Source of the DNA: a virus
Length of the DNA: 64,000 bases
Virus record (IMG/VR): IMGVR_UViG_3300025876_000019
Coordinates: 6,526 to 70,525 of that record
Strand: one strand, 5' to 3'
Shown here: one piece after another, positions 55,021 to 64,000 of the stretch
Position numbering within the stretch: position 1 is the first letter of the stretch
Layout of the letters: each line of letters begins with the position of its first letter
Notes under the pieces: model-generated
What the model was told of the DNA's origin: nothing
What the model saw: only the letters and a program-made list of their open reading frames with translations
The model's database searches: none
Translations under genes and position numbers: made by a program

Positions 55021-55899
55021 TTAATCGGAAAGTGATTCAACATACATCGAAGCGGTGTCGATTGTAATATTTGTAGCTGAGTCAGTTGACACCCAGATTT
55101 CTATAAAACCAACACCTGTGGCGCTATAGATGGCTTGGATTGGAATAGTTATCGGCTTTGATATCCCAAGTCCATTGATCGAAAACGGATGACCAACAGG
55201 AGACCCGCCGTAGTAAATTTGGAAACTTGCAATAACATTTGAAGCAAACTGCATGCTCAATTCTGCTGATATTTTTATGCGATCAAAAGCATCGCCAGAA
55301 GCATAAATCACATCTACCCTGTTGTTAGCTTCGTCGGCGGTTATGCGGCCAGCAGTGCTGATAACATTAGTGTCCCAAGTAGTCAGTTTCTGAGGGCTAG
55401 TGGATGACGCAAAGACTGTTTGTGTAAGTGTCGATATAGAAGCATACGCAGACGTATTTCTTTCAGTAATAATGTAGTTTACCCCGTCACTGTAAAAGGT
55501 AATGGATTCGTGGACAATCCCTAGTACAATGTCATTGGAGACGGAATCAATCAATTCAGCCGATGTGATTGTCAGCACATTGACCCCGTTGGCCACGCGC
55601 TTTACTGTGAAAAATTGCTTGGCGACACTAGCCGCTAAAGGTAGTGATACCGTAACGTTCCCCGCTGGCAAATCAACCGCAGTTACTCGCGCCGAGATAG
55701 GGCCATCTGCTGAGATTTCAGCATAGGACTCTTGAGTTGTAACGTATTCCTCAACCACATCGAGCCGAACATCAGCAGAAGCACCGTTGGAATTGACCAC
55801 CGCCTTAATCTCGTTAAGGTCTGCTGAACCTACAAGTCCTTCAACCGTTGTGCCGCCGTTTTCAACTTTGTTTGTGTAAGTAATTTCTGAATGTGCCAT
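55021..55899 (-). CDS. second fibre/virion protein (phage B)
   Basis: ADLNEIKAVVN, V.LP.A....F.VKR, IDS, SDG..Y.I fibre-type segments. Confidence 0.6.
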   Translation of the reverse strand: MAHSEITYTNKVENGGTTVEGLVGSADLNEIKAVVNSNGASADVRLDVVEEYVTTQESYAEISADGPISARVTAVDLPAGNVTVSLPLAASVAKQFFTVKRVANGVNVLTITSAELIDSVSNDIVLGIVHESITFYSDGVNYIITERNTSAYASISTLTQTVFASSTSPQKLTTWDTNVISTAGRITADEANNRVDVIYASGDAFDRIKISAELSMQFASNVIASFQIYYGGSPVGHPFSINGLGISKPITIPIQAIYSATGVGFIEIWVSTDSATNITIDTASMYVESLSD

Positions 55900-55901
55900 A
55901 A

Positions 55902-56066
55902 TTATTTATTGTTAAGTTCCTTAATTACCTTGATTGCGGATGCAGTCATATAGACTAGAGTAGCAAGACCCACAACTAGTCCTAGAATTTCGTTAATGCT
56001 ATTCAATTCGATAGTAGCGACAAAGCCCCCTGTGCCAATAGTTGACTTGTAAATAATGTCGTGCAT
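55902..56066 (-). CDS. 54-aa membrane protein (holin candidate), homolog of 20906-21070
   Basis: MHDIIYKSTIGTGGFVATIEL...TLVYMTASAIKVIKEL. Confidence 0.65.
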   Translation of the reverse strand: MHDIIYKSTIGTGGFVATIELNSINEILGLVVGLATLVYMTASAIKVIKELNNK

Positions 56067-57866
56067 TATGCTTCCTCTTCTGGTTCAGGTGGTAGCAGTG
56101 CTAGGAATGCAGCTTTGTCTACGACTTCGCATTCTTCCAGTTTAGCTTGGTCAAGCATCTCCCATAGTTCGTGGTAGATACCGCCTGCGCCGACCTCTGT
56201 GTAAAGGTCACAGCAAGCACCATAGCGTCCGTCAATCAACAGCACTGGGCTGATATGATTGCTAGTAGTCAAGGTGTCCTGCTTTGCGATCATTGAGTCC
56301 CGCAGTTCTGCTGGAATCAGCAGATAGTTGTAGCTGTGTTCGTCAGCCGTAGGATTAGTTAGTAGGTATTCTGATGAGGTCATAATTAAATTGCTGCGAT
56401 TTCTGTGATTAGGGTTTCTTGCAGACCTTCTAAGGTAGCAAGGTCAAGCGCAAAGCCTGCGTGGTAGGTTGCTAGGCGTGGGTTGCTTGATGCAATTGTT
56501 CCAAGGGCAAAAATGCCAATTAGACCTGCATTTGGAGCTGTAGATGTAACAGCCGCTGAATAGTCAGTTGCATTACTGCGAACATCAATATCGGTGCTTG
56601 TGCTGCGAGCTGCACCATACAGTCCAGGTGTAGGAGTCGTGCCTAAAGCTGTTGAGCCGTGAAGCCATTGAGTAGCATTTGCACGTAACACTGCGGACTG
56701 TGTACTATTGCCTAGTAAAAATCCACCCCCAGCTGTATGTGATTCTTTTATGTAAACGGAAATAGAAGCATCGTTTTGCGATATGGCAGTCCCAGCTACA
56801 TTGGTAGCAAGATACTTTGTCGAACCATCACCTTTCAGTCCAGTCAACTGATCCAAATCACCTACAACAAAGTTATTATTTGTCAGCACTGGCATTCCGC
56901 TACGAAGGGGAACCGTAACGCCCTGAATACCTACACCAACAAAGGATGCAGAGGATTTCATATCGTCCCAGTAGGCTCCACCGAGCGTTACTAGACTATC
57001 AATGTAGTTAGCTAGTGGCTGACGGTATGCGTAGTGCGTAGTGTCACCTGCGGCTACAAGGCGTGAGAAATAATTAGCTGCTTCTGCGGAGAATTGAGCT
57101 TCTGCAACTTCTGTGATTAGGGTGTCTTGCAGTGCTTCTAGGGTAGCAAGGTCAAGTGCAGGGCCTGCGTGGTAGGTTGCTAGGCGTGCGTCTGAATAGG
57201 AACCTACACTTCCGCCTATAGCATTGTTTGCGGCGAATATGAGTAGATCTGCTTCGTCTTGAGCGCCCGACACTACAGCGGCAGTTAAATCGGTAGAATC
57301 ACGACGATATGTAAAATTAGATGAATTATCACGTGCCGAGCCAAAGAATCCATCTGCGGAGTTTACCCCGCCTGCGCCCGCTCCACTGAAATTTCTCGCA
57401 TCAATTCGTTGAGCAGAACTTCGATACTGAAAATGAAACGGGTTTCCGCCAGAGCCTGGCTTGATTCCGAGTAGTATTGATTGGTCTGCCGATGTCGCCG
57501 TGTCTAAATCCGTAACATAGAAACTGAGCGAGTTGTCGTTCTGAGCGTAGTCGGTCGTGTCAGTGTTAGTGCTTAGGTATTTGCCTGAGGTTGAGTTACC
57601 CTTCAAACCAGTCAGCTGGTCTAAGTCAAGATCAATAAAGTTATTCTCCGTAAGAACGGGCATTCCGTCCCTAAGAGGAACTGTAATGCCTTGAATACCT
57701 ACACCTACAAAGGATGCAGCGGATTCCATCGTGTCCCAGTATGCACCACCCAGTGCCACTAGACTATCAATGTAGTTAGCTAGTGGCTGCTTGTAATCAA
57801 CGTAGGTGGTGTCACCTGCTGCGTCCAGGCGGCTAAAGTAGTTTGTTGCCTCTGGCGAGAACGGTG
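55916..57866. repeat. copy 2 of ~2-kb direct repeat
   Basis: matches copy 1 at offset 34,996. Confidence 0.95.
56066..56383 (-). CDS. fibre-associated protein/chaperone, copy 2
   Basis: near-identical to 21070-21387. Confidence 0.7.
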   Translation of the reverse strand: MTSSEYLLTNPTADEHSYNYLLIPAELRDSMIAKQDTLTTSNHISPVLLIDGRYGACCDLYTEVGAGGIYHELWEMLDQAKLEECEVVDKAAFLALLPPEPEEEA

Positions 57867-57921
57867 CTGGCTCTTTAGGCAATATCCATTTGCCTAAGCT
57901 ATTATTTAGGCTCAGGTGCAT
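56386..57921 (-). CDS. receptor-binding/fibre protein, copy 2
   Basis: near-identical to 21390-22946 except the N-terminal ~20 aa. Confidence 0.7.
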   Translation of the reverse strand: MHLSLNNSLGKWILPKEPAPFSPEATNYFSRLDAAGDTTYVDYKQPLANYIDSLVALGGAYWDTMESAASFVGVGIQGITVPLRDGMPVLTENNFIDLDLDQLTGLKGNSTSGKYLSTNTDTTDYAQNDNSLSFYVTDLDTATSADQSILLGIKPGSGGNPFHFQYRSSAQRIDARNFSGAGAGGVNSADGFFGSARDNSSNFTYRRDSTDLTAAVVSGAQDEADLLIFAANNAIGGSVGSYSDARLATYHAGPALDLATLEALQDTLITEVAEAQFSAEAANYFSRLVAAGDTTHYAYRQPLANYIDSLVTLGGAYWDDMKSSASFVGVGIQGVTVPLRSGMPVLTNNNFVVGDLDQLTGLKGDGSTKYLATNVAGTAISQNDASISVYIKESHTAGGGFLLGNSTQSAVLRANATQWLHGSTALGTTPTPGLYGAARSTSTDIDVRSNATDYSAAVTSTAPNAGLIGIFALGTIASSNPRLATYHAGFALDLATLEGLQETLITEIAAI

Positions 57922-57922
57922 A

Positions 57923-58180
57923 CTAGTATTTGTGCGCTGCTACAAGACCAGTTGTTACTGTTACTTCACTGAATGCTCCATAAAGGATTGTTCCAGCAGC
58001 AAAGGTTGGTCCAACTAGCTTAGCTGTACCGTCAATGCTGGATGCAGTCAAAGCACCGAACACAGTGTCATTTAAGATTTGTAACGCTCCATAGCGTTTA
58101 CCTGTTACTGCATTCGCAGCTTCAAGGATTTCTGATCCAGCCGAGGAAAATTCCAGTGCGTTGTTTTTTGAGTTAGCCAT
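57923..58180 (-). CDS. small virion protein (phage A)
   Basis: 85 aa; leaderless TGaTACAAT-6nt-ATG. Confidence 0.65.
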   Translation of the reverse strand: MANSKNNALEFSSAGSEILEAANAVTGKRYGALQILNDTVFGALTASSIDGTAKLVGPTFAAGTILYGAFSEVTVTTGLVAAHKY

Positions 58181-58204
58181 AATATTATTGTATCACAGGG
58201 GTTG

Positions 58205-59116
58205 CTATCGTGCTTGACGATTTACGTAAGTTGAAAACTTTTTGTTGATTGTATTGTTGTTAGAGCGAAGGTCGATTTTTTCCAGCTCAAGGGCTAGGAA
58301 TGTTTGCGCAGCTTGCTCCTCTGCCAGTGCTTCCTCTTGCTTGTTCTGAACCCGGAGGAAGTCAGCATAAACAGCGTGACTAATAAAGTTAAAGAACTCC
58401 GCTGGTACTTCTAAGGTAGAAGTATAGTAGTCCGCAGTAATTGTGTAAGGGGTGAACTCCTTCTTGTAGGTTACCCAGGCAGTGCTATCCGTAGTTGATT
58501 CTACGTTTAGGATGTGCGCACCTTCAAATGTAACATAGAACTCGTACTCACGTGCTGATCGGTTCAGTAGTGGTTGAGTGTTGTGAATGCGTACGAACTC
58601 CCCAATGTTATTTAAATTATAAATGAACATATTGGCGGTTGTTCCTACCGCTTGTCCTGCCCATCCAGTGGATGGAACAGGATCACCAGGGTTTGCACTT
58701 GCGCTATACTGTAGGGTAGATGCATCGTTGAAAAGATTCCAATCAGAACCATCAAAGATAATGTCGTAATCTATTGACCCAGAAGTGCCACTCTCATACT
58801 TGGAGTATCTAGGGTAGCCACCACTATCTCCATTGCGTTTAAATAATCCATTAATTTCTGGTTGACCAGTAGGGGTTCCGGCATTGGTTACATATATATC
58901 CCCACCTGCGGTTGAGACTATCTGGTTAAGTCCAATGGGTCGTGGCTCACCTACAGTAATATATCGAGGCCAGCTTGGGCTTGCATTAAAGATCTCGGAG
59001 AATCGTCGATTAATAAAATGACTAAGTTGATCCTGCTCGCCAGTGGATAGTTCTCCACCAGTTCCAATAAGTGCAGATGCAAGTTTGAATAATTCTCCGT
59101 AGGTTCTGGTCTGCAT
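58205..59116 (-). CDS. head-tail adaptor-like protein with inserted domain (phage A)
   Basis: FINRR...WPRY N-part, VP.EFF....HA.YADFLR C-part, ~100-aa G/S/T-rich insert. Confidence 0.55.
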   Translation of the reverse strand: MQTRTYGELFKLASALIGTGGELSTGEQDQLSHFINRRFSEIFNASPSWPRYITVGEPRPIGLNQIVSTAGGDIYVTNAGTPTGQPEINGLFKRNGDSGGYPRYSKYESGTSGSIDYDIIFDGSDWNLFNDASTLQYSASANPGDPVPSTGWAGQAVGTTANMFIYNLNNIGEFVRIHNTQPLLNRSAREYEFYVTFEGAHILNVESTTDSTAWVTYKKEFTPYTITADYYTSTLEVPAEFFNFISHAVYADFLRVQNKQEEALAEEQAAQTFLALELEKIDLRSNNNTINKKFSTYVNRQAR

Positions 59117-59424
59117 TATATTTTGTTAGGGCTAAGTTCTGGAAACTTCTTATTGTAGTACTTTAAAAATTCTTTAGAATGCACAGTCTCTTGACCGTAC
59201 TTCTTTACCAGTCGAAAAAACTCTCGTGCTGGCATTGTGGCAACTGGCCGTCCCAAGGTGGGATGAATAGTTCCTTTCAGTTGATGCGCCTCCTTGGCTG
59301 CTTGTTGGTAGCGGTCCTTCTCGGTCGCTCGTTCCAAATGGAGACTCTCTTGAATCTCCTGCATTAGGGCGCGATCAATCTCCTCATCGGAGTAAGTCTT
59401 TGAATCTGGGGTAATGATGTTCAT
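59116..59424 (-). CDS. conserved virion-cluster protein
   Basis: HPTLG.PVA.MPA.EFFR...F.KY....P.L. Confidence 0.6.
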   Translation of the reverse strand: MNIITPDSKTYSDEEIDRALMQEIQESLHLERATEKDRYQQAAKEAHQLKGTIHPTLGRPVATMPAREFFRLVKKYGQETVHSKEFLKYYNKKFPELSPNKI

Positions 59425-59480
59425 AAAAATTAAAAAGGGGGCGAGCAGTAAACCCGCCCCCTGAATTAATATATTACAAT

Positions 59481-59819
59481 TTAAACTTCGGGAGCAACCT
59501 CGAAACCAGTTGCATCTAGTTTGAACTGAATGTTGTAGGTTCTAGTGAATCCACCAGTTTGAGTGTCCTCCGACGTGCTTCGATTGATTGTCATTTTAGA
59601 CGCTCTGTCCGTTTGAGGTATAGCGTTGTAATTAGAATAAAGACCTTCAATTGTTCCGTACATTAATTTGCGAAAGTCGCCAGTAGCGGCATCTGCTTCT
59701 GCACTTGATACATCTGGTAGTAGTCCGCCAGTACCAATCGTCATTGTGATGTCGGTTCCAGTTGCAGTGTATCCGCTAGTTAGAACTTCACCTGGTGTAT
59801 CGTAATCTGAGTAAGCCAT
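59481..59819 (-). CDS. capsid-associated/decoration protein candidate
   Basis: 112 aa between two terminator hairpins after the capsid gene. Confidence 0.5.
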   Translation of the reverse strand: MAYSDYDTPGEVLTSGYTATGTDITMTIGTGGLLPDVSSAEADAATGDFRKLMYGTIEGLYSNYNAIPQTDRASKMTINRSTSEDTQTGGFTRTYNIQFKLDATGFEVAPEV

Positions 59820-59839
59820 AATTTAATTATTGTTAGTTG

Positions 59840-59881
59840 ATAAAAAACGGGAGAGTCCGGTATCGGACCAGACCCTCCCGG
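59840..59881 (-). terminator. terminator after capsid gene A
   Basis: CGGGAG...CTCCCG stem with T-run on minus strand. Confidence 0.65.
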
Positions 59882-59887
59882 AATTAT

Positions 59888-60886
59888 TTAGCTTGCGCTG
59901 ATGATCTTACCGTGAGCACCAGGGTGGTAAACACCGAGGGTCAAAGCGCAATCAACGAAGCCACGGTCGCCGCCACCAAGATTTGGAAGACGAGTGCTGC
60001 CCATAGGGATCAGTTCGTGAACACCGTAGTATTCAGGATTCACCAAGTAACCAGCCATTCCAGCAGTGCCGGCTTGTACTGGCATACAGTCAGGGTTAGC
60101 ATTGACAACAGAGACGATACCGTGATCGCTTTGATAGAGATCAACGGAAAGCTTGATAGTGCCGCTTTCGCCGTTGTAGTTAACTGCACGAACTGAGTCA
60201 CCCGATACGCCACCGATGCGAGCGAAGTCGCTGATGTCTTGACGGAGTGCTGTATCAGCAACCAACATAAGGTTGTTGGATGTACCAGTAACCTTGAAGA
60301 TCGAAGAGATAAGAGAGTTCAATTCGCTTTCTGCGAAATTGCCATCAGTTACGTCAGCGATGCTTGCAGCTGGAGTTTGGAATGTAGCAGGTACGTTACC
60401 CGAACCAGCAGCATTTTGAATCCAGTCACCAAGACCACCAAGGCGATTAACTACACCAGCACCGTCTTCGGTTGTCTGAGTGTTAGCTGAAGCAAGACTT
60501 GCTTCGATGTCGCGCTTGAGTTCACGAATTGCTTTAGCTTCTGCTTGAGCAATCTTAGCTGGGCCAACGGAATCGACTGCTTCTTGCAGATCGGAAACCA
60601 TATAGTCCCGGCGGAACTTTTGAACGCGATTGCCAAGGCGAGCGCGGCCAGCGAATTGGTCAGTGAATGCTGTAACGTCAGCACCTTCAGCGATACCAGC
60701 AGTGCTGGGAGCCGAGAGAGAGTCAACAGTCCACTCAACCTTAGTTGCGGATGCGCCCTTTTTGTTAGCAGAAGAAAGAATAGGTGTTTCTTCTGGTGCG
60801 AGAATTGTCAAGACATCAGTGAGGTCTTCACGATTGGAAACACCGGAACCGGTATTTGTAGTATCGAATGTATTTGAGAATGCCAT
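59888..60886 (-). CDS. major capsid protein (DUF5309/SU10-like), phage A
   Basis: NREDL.D...I.PEETP, EW..D.L, EG.D, N..QKF, ELKRD.E. Confidence 0.9.
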   Translation of the reverse strand: MAFSNTFDTTNTGSGVSNREDLTDVLTILAPEETPILSSANKKGASATKVEWTVDSLSAPSTAGIAEGADVTAFTDQFAGRARLGNRVQKFRRDYMVSDLQEAVDSVGPAKIAQAEAKAIRELKRDIEASLASANTQTTEDGAGVVNRLGGLGDWIQNAAGSGNVPATFQTPAASIADVTDGNFAESELNSLISSIFKVTGTSNNLMLVADTALRQDISDFARIGGVSGDSVRAVNYNGESGTIKLSVDLYQSDHGIVSVVNANPDCMPVQAGTAGMAGYLVNPEYYGVHELIPMGSTRLPNLGGGDRGFVDCALTLGVYHPGAHGKIISAS

Positions 60887-60924
60887 AATTAGTTATGTAT
60901 TTGTATAGTTAGTTAATGAATAGG

Positions 60925-62031
60925 TTAGTGGCGTGATGCCATTTTGTGTTTTCTGAGATTAGCGAAATCGTTTGCGCTACCCGTTGCTTTAAACCTGGCT
61001 TCTAATTCTTTTAGGGCCTTGGCGGTTCTTCCCATTCCCTTTTCGGGTTTGGATGCAGATGGACTGGCTGATTTGGGAGGATTTAATACTGCTGATGTCT
61101 TACGCTCAGTAACGGGCTTACGTCCGTAAATACTGTTAGTAGCGTGAGCGAACCAATAATCCAATTGTGCTGCTACTTCAGGTGCTTCCCGCTTAACAAC
61201 CTTTTTGAGTTGCTTAAAACGTTCATCACCTACGGTGGCTTCAAATTGTTTTCGTAAGTCGTTGTCCTCACCTTCCAACCAAGTCAGTTCTTTTCTGGCA
61301 CGTTCTGAGAAAGAATCAGCAAGCTGTTCTCCTTCGATCTGTGCCTGAACCTTGTTGAGTTGATCAGGGAGGAAAGTTTTCTGTGCTTTACGGGCTTTTA
61401 ATAAAGCCTGTCGCACGTCCTTCTTTGTCCACTCCTTACCTTCGATTTCGGTTACGATGTCATCAGCGGAATAGCCATCACTCTCAAACAGAATATCCTC
61501 AGCCCACTCAACAACTTGATCGACTTCCCCTGCTTTAGCCTGTAACTTCTCGACAGAATCGAGGTTACCGTAGGGGTTATTTTCAACCTTCTTTGTTTCT
61601 AATGGGTTTGGCTTTTCCTTGAGTTTAGCTTCTAAACTAGCAAGACGTTCTTCGGCAGCTTTGCGCTTAGCAGTCAATTCACCGAATCGAGCTACAGCAC
61701 GGCTACCTAGCTTGTCAGCTAGTTCCCGCAAATCCTCCTCGGACATATCGTCCAAGTCCAACTGTGAAAGAACATTGTCGGATCCCTCGGTCTCCTCAGT
61801 AGCTTCCTCGGACTCAACTGATTCTTCAGCTTCCTCCTCAGTTACTTCTTCAGTTTCCTGCTCCTCGGTTCCTTCGACCTCTTCCTCCTGTGGCTCTTCA
61901 GCCTCAGGGTTCAGTTGCCCAATTCTCCGCATTGCGAAATCCTCAACGGATAAGTTATTATTTGCCACTGAACTTTGGTCTGCCTCAGCGTTAGCAGTTT
62001 CGATTTCGTCTGTCATATTATTACCACTCAT
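60925..62031 (-). CDS. scaffolding protein (phage A)
   Basis: Glu-rich N-half, R..ELTAKRK.AEE coiled coil, upstream of capsid gene. Confidence 0.85.
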   Translation of the reverse strand: MSGNNMTDEIETANAEADQSSVANNNLSVEDFAMRRIGQLNPEAEEPQEEEVEGTEEQETEEVTEEEAEESVESEEATEETEGSDNVLSQLDLDDMSEEDLRELADKLGSRAVARFGELTAKRKAAEERLASLEAKLKEKPNPLETKKVENNPYGNLDSVEKLQAKAGEVDQVVEWAEDILFESDGYSADDIVTEIEGKEWTKKDVRQALLKARKAQKTFLPDQLNKVQAQIEGEQLADSFSERARKELTWLEGEDNDLRKQFEATVGDERFKQLKKVVKREAPEVAAQLDYWFAHATNSIYGRKPVTERKTSAVLNPPKSASPSASKPEKGMGRTAKALKELEARFKATGSANDFANLRKHKMASRH

Positions 62032-62072
62032 TAACGCCGAGCGAGGGCGATGTTGGCATTATAACATACGTA

Positions 62073-62291
62073 TTACATTCGATCCGAATGCTTTAATCGC
62101 AGCTTATCCCATCCTGACATTTGAAGTATTTGATCATAGGTAATGATTCGACCAGAAATCTGCTGGATAGTTTCACTGGATGCTTCGTGCATTTCGCTAA
62201 TGGTCTCCTCCCGGAGTTCGTGAACCATTTTGATAAACCGAGCAAAGGATTCATAGCTGTGCAAGCTATTGATGTCATCTTGTATATTCAT
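62073..62291 (-). CDS. small conserved head-cluster protein
   Basis: 72 aa, GRI..YD.IL. Confidence 0.6.
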   Translation of the reverse strand: MNIQDDINSLHSYESFARFIKMVHELREETISEMHEASSETIQQISGRIITYDQILQMSGWDKLRLKHSDRM

Positions 62292-62292
62292 A

Positions 62293-62802
62293 TTATTGAG
62301 CAGGGGTAAATGCTAGTGAATACATTCGGCTGGCTTCTCTACGTCGATCAGTATGAGCTTTTGTTTTTTTGGGGCGTAAGAAGATATTCTGGAATCCATC
62401 GGAAATCTCTATGGGGTCAGTGGACCTAGCAAATAATTCCCTTAGATTTTTCGCGTTCCCATAACCAAGGTGCTCTCGCTCGTCCCCGTAAATACTGTCG
62501 TATACATAACCAACCTGAGAATCGACATCATCTTCAAGCCCCTTTTTCTTTAAATACTTTTTATAGTTGGGCTTGTGAAAATCAAATTGAAACAAACCCT
62601 CGGCTGGTCCTTTATTCTGCTTTTGTTTGTAATCAAACGTGTTCCCAGTTTCAACGTGAATATTTCCTAAGATACCAGCAAGCATTGGTGCACTATATCC
62701 AAATTTTTCCTGGATCTTACCAGCTACGTTTCTTACACGTGAGTCCAGCTCAATTTGTTTTGCTCGCCTTTGGGCTTGTTGAGATGTCGTAATATTGTCC
62801 AT
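62293..62802 (-). CDS. phage tail lysozyme-type (Phage_lysozyme2) muramidase
   Basis: AGILGNI..ET...FD, GLFQF, Q..Y, F...F.RP, R. Confidence 0.8.
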   Translation of the reverse strand: MDNITTSQQAQRRAKQIELDSRVRNVAGKIQEKFGYSAPMLAGILGNIHVETGNTFDYKQKQNKGPAEGLFQFDFHKPNYKKYLKKKGLEDDVDSQVGYVYDSIYGDEREHLGYGNAKNLRELFARSTDPIEISDGFQNIFLRPKKTKAHTDRRREASRMYSLAFTPAQ

Positions 62803-64000
62803 TATAAGTTTTGAGTATCAATTTCACCCATCTGTGCAGGTGCTGTACCGACTCGACCAATCTGAGCATTCTGTGCTTGCTGCATCTGAAAGGTGTACTG
62901 ACCTACGTACTTCTGTAGTCGAGCACCAAACGCTTGGTCCGTCTGAGCACGTTGTGCTACATCTGGCTGCTGAGTGTATTGCTGGATTACTTGCAATGCA
63001 ATCTGTGCTCCCGCTGGACGTGCTGGCATCTCGATACCCGCAAAGATCTTAGCTAGGTCGTCAGTGACCTGCTTGACCACTTCCTCCTGCGCTGTCTCTA
63101 CTGGCTGTAGGATGGCATCAGCCATTACTGGATCAATGCTGTTAGCAATGACATCAAGTAAGGAATCTACATTCAATCGGTTGTTGGAGTTCAATTGATT
63201 GAGTGCTACGAATTGCTGAGTCTTGGCCTCGACGGTCTTCGGGTCAGTATTCTGCACGTCGAAGTTAATCATAATGTCAAAGTTTTCATCGGCACTTCCC
63301 TTGTCAAAGTTCTGCGGATCAGGGATACCGGTAACACGGAAGAAGATTTCATCGGGTCCAAAGCGTTGGAAGCACTTGAATGCCATACGAAGAACCTCTG
63401 CTGTGTGGCTAAGGAACTTATCAACAAGGAACTGTTGGCGAATTTGGCTAATTGCTCCCTCATCGTCAAGTCCTACTAGGCGGTCAGCGAGGTCAAGCAA
63501 TGTTGACTCCATTTCGATTGATCCAGTAGGAGGCGGAGGTGTAGGAGCAAAGTCCAAGTCACCCTTACGACGATAAGGAATCATACGACCTGGACCCCAA
63601 TCAGTAGGTGCTTGACCAACTGGGTGCAGGATAGGGGGAAGAGTAGATAGGCTGTTACGATCAGTCCGCGAATCACGCTCAATCTTTACTTGGTTCTGTA
63701 GACCGCGTAGCAAAGAAGGAACAGTTGCTGTGTCATATAGTCGCTTGCTATCTTCTGATAGCTTTGTGACTACTACAGGATAATCCTCGTAGCCATTAAG
63801 CAGCTCATACTTAGCATAGCCAGGTGTCACTTCATCCCCACTGAACTCACGATGGAATACTGTGCAGTAAATTCCCTCAGCACCGTCCTCTTGGTCAATA
63901 AGTCTTTGGTATCCATAGCAGATCTCAATAAGCTCATTGGCTTGATAAGCACTATCAGTAAGGCTGATACTGCGACGGCCTTCTTGCTCGCGCTCAACAG
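62802..64000 (-). CDS. portal protein of phage A (5' end beyond window edge)
   Basis: frame open to window end; Q-rich C-terminus; position before scaffold and capsid. Confidence 0.75.
   Translation of the reverse strand, partial: VEREQEGRRSISLTDSAYQANELIEICYGYQRLIDQEDGAEGIYCTVFHREFSGDEVTPGYAKYELLNGYEDYPVVVTKLSEDSKRLYDTATVPSLLRGLQNQVKIERDSRTDRNSLSTLPPILHPVGQAPTDWGPGRMIPYRRKGDLDFAPTPPPPTGSIEMESTLLDLADRLVGLDDEGAISQIRQQFLVDKFLSHTAEVLRMAFKCFQRFGPDEIFFRVTGIPDPQNFDKGSADENFDIMINFDVQNTDPKTVEAKTQQFVALNQLNSNNRLNVDSLLDVIANSIDPVMADAILQPVETAQEEVVKQVTDDLAKIFAGIEMPARPAGAQIALQVIQQYTQQPDVAQRAQTDQAFGARLQKYVGQYTFQMQQAQNAQIGRVGTAPAQMGEIDTQNL

Larger units (their letters stand above)
22870..57866. mobile_element. 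phage B: apparently complete 34,996-bp podovirus-like genome bounded by the direct repeat
   Basis: own TerS/TerL, portal, scaffold, capsid, adaptor, nozzle, ejection, replication and lysis genes; phage A late operon is continuous when removed. Confidence 0.85.

Noticed and set aside
1-64000. Alternative genetic code
   Set aside because: Conserved genes are full length in the standard code and all three stop codons are used at gene ends

Overview
The window is entirely tailed-phage DNA and resolves into two unrelated podovirus-like genomes nested one inside the other. Phage A (1-~21.5 kb and ~57.6-64 kb, open at both window edges) has an early/replication arm on + (exonuclease, C5 methyltransferase, endonuclease VII, ERF, DnaB, HNH) and a structural arm on - (portal, lysozyme, scaffold, capsid, fibre, a 55-aa-repeat protein, LPD38-like ejected proteins). 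Phage B is an apparently complete 34,996-bp circle (TerS/TerL, portal, scaffold, capsid, adaptor, nozzle, 2474-aa polyvalent protein, initiator with iterons, DnaB, ERF, RusA, SleB-like hydrolase). It sits between two direct copies of a ~2-kb fibre-chaperone-membrane-protein module whose central ~1.06 kb is identical, so it is either a real recombinational cointegrate or a chimeric assembly. Highlights: (1) a ~70-nt promoter- and terminator-bounded sRNA in B that is antisense to the ACACAC/CACTATGA translation-start motif of its own early and helicase genes, while several late-operon genes look leaderless; A has an analogous sRNA; (2) both phages encode M.EcoHK31I-like split methyltransferases as full-length double-frame overlaps with tandem WPTP modules; (3) both carry a homologous leaderless secreted 'moron' ending at tandem palindromes; (4) attenuator-like leaders, a six-hairpin ncRNA candidate, and an HTH protein with an RNA-polymerase-insert-like N-terminus. 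All family calls come from motif recognition by eye; no searches were run.
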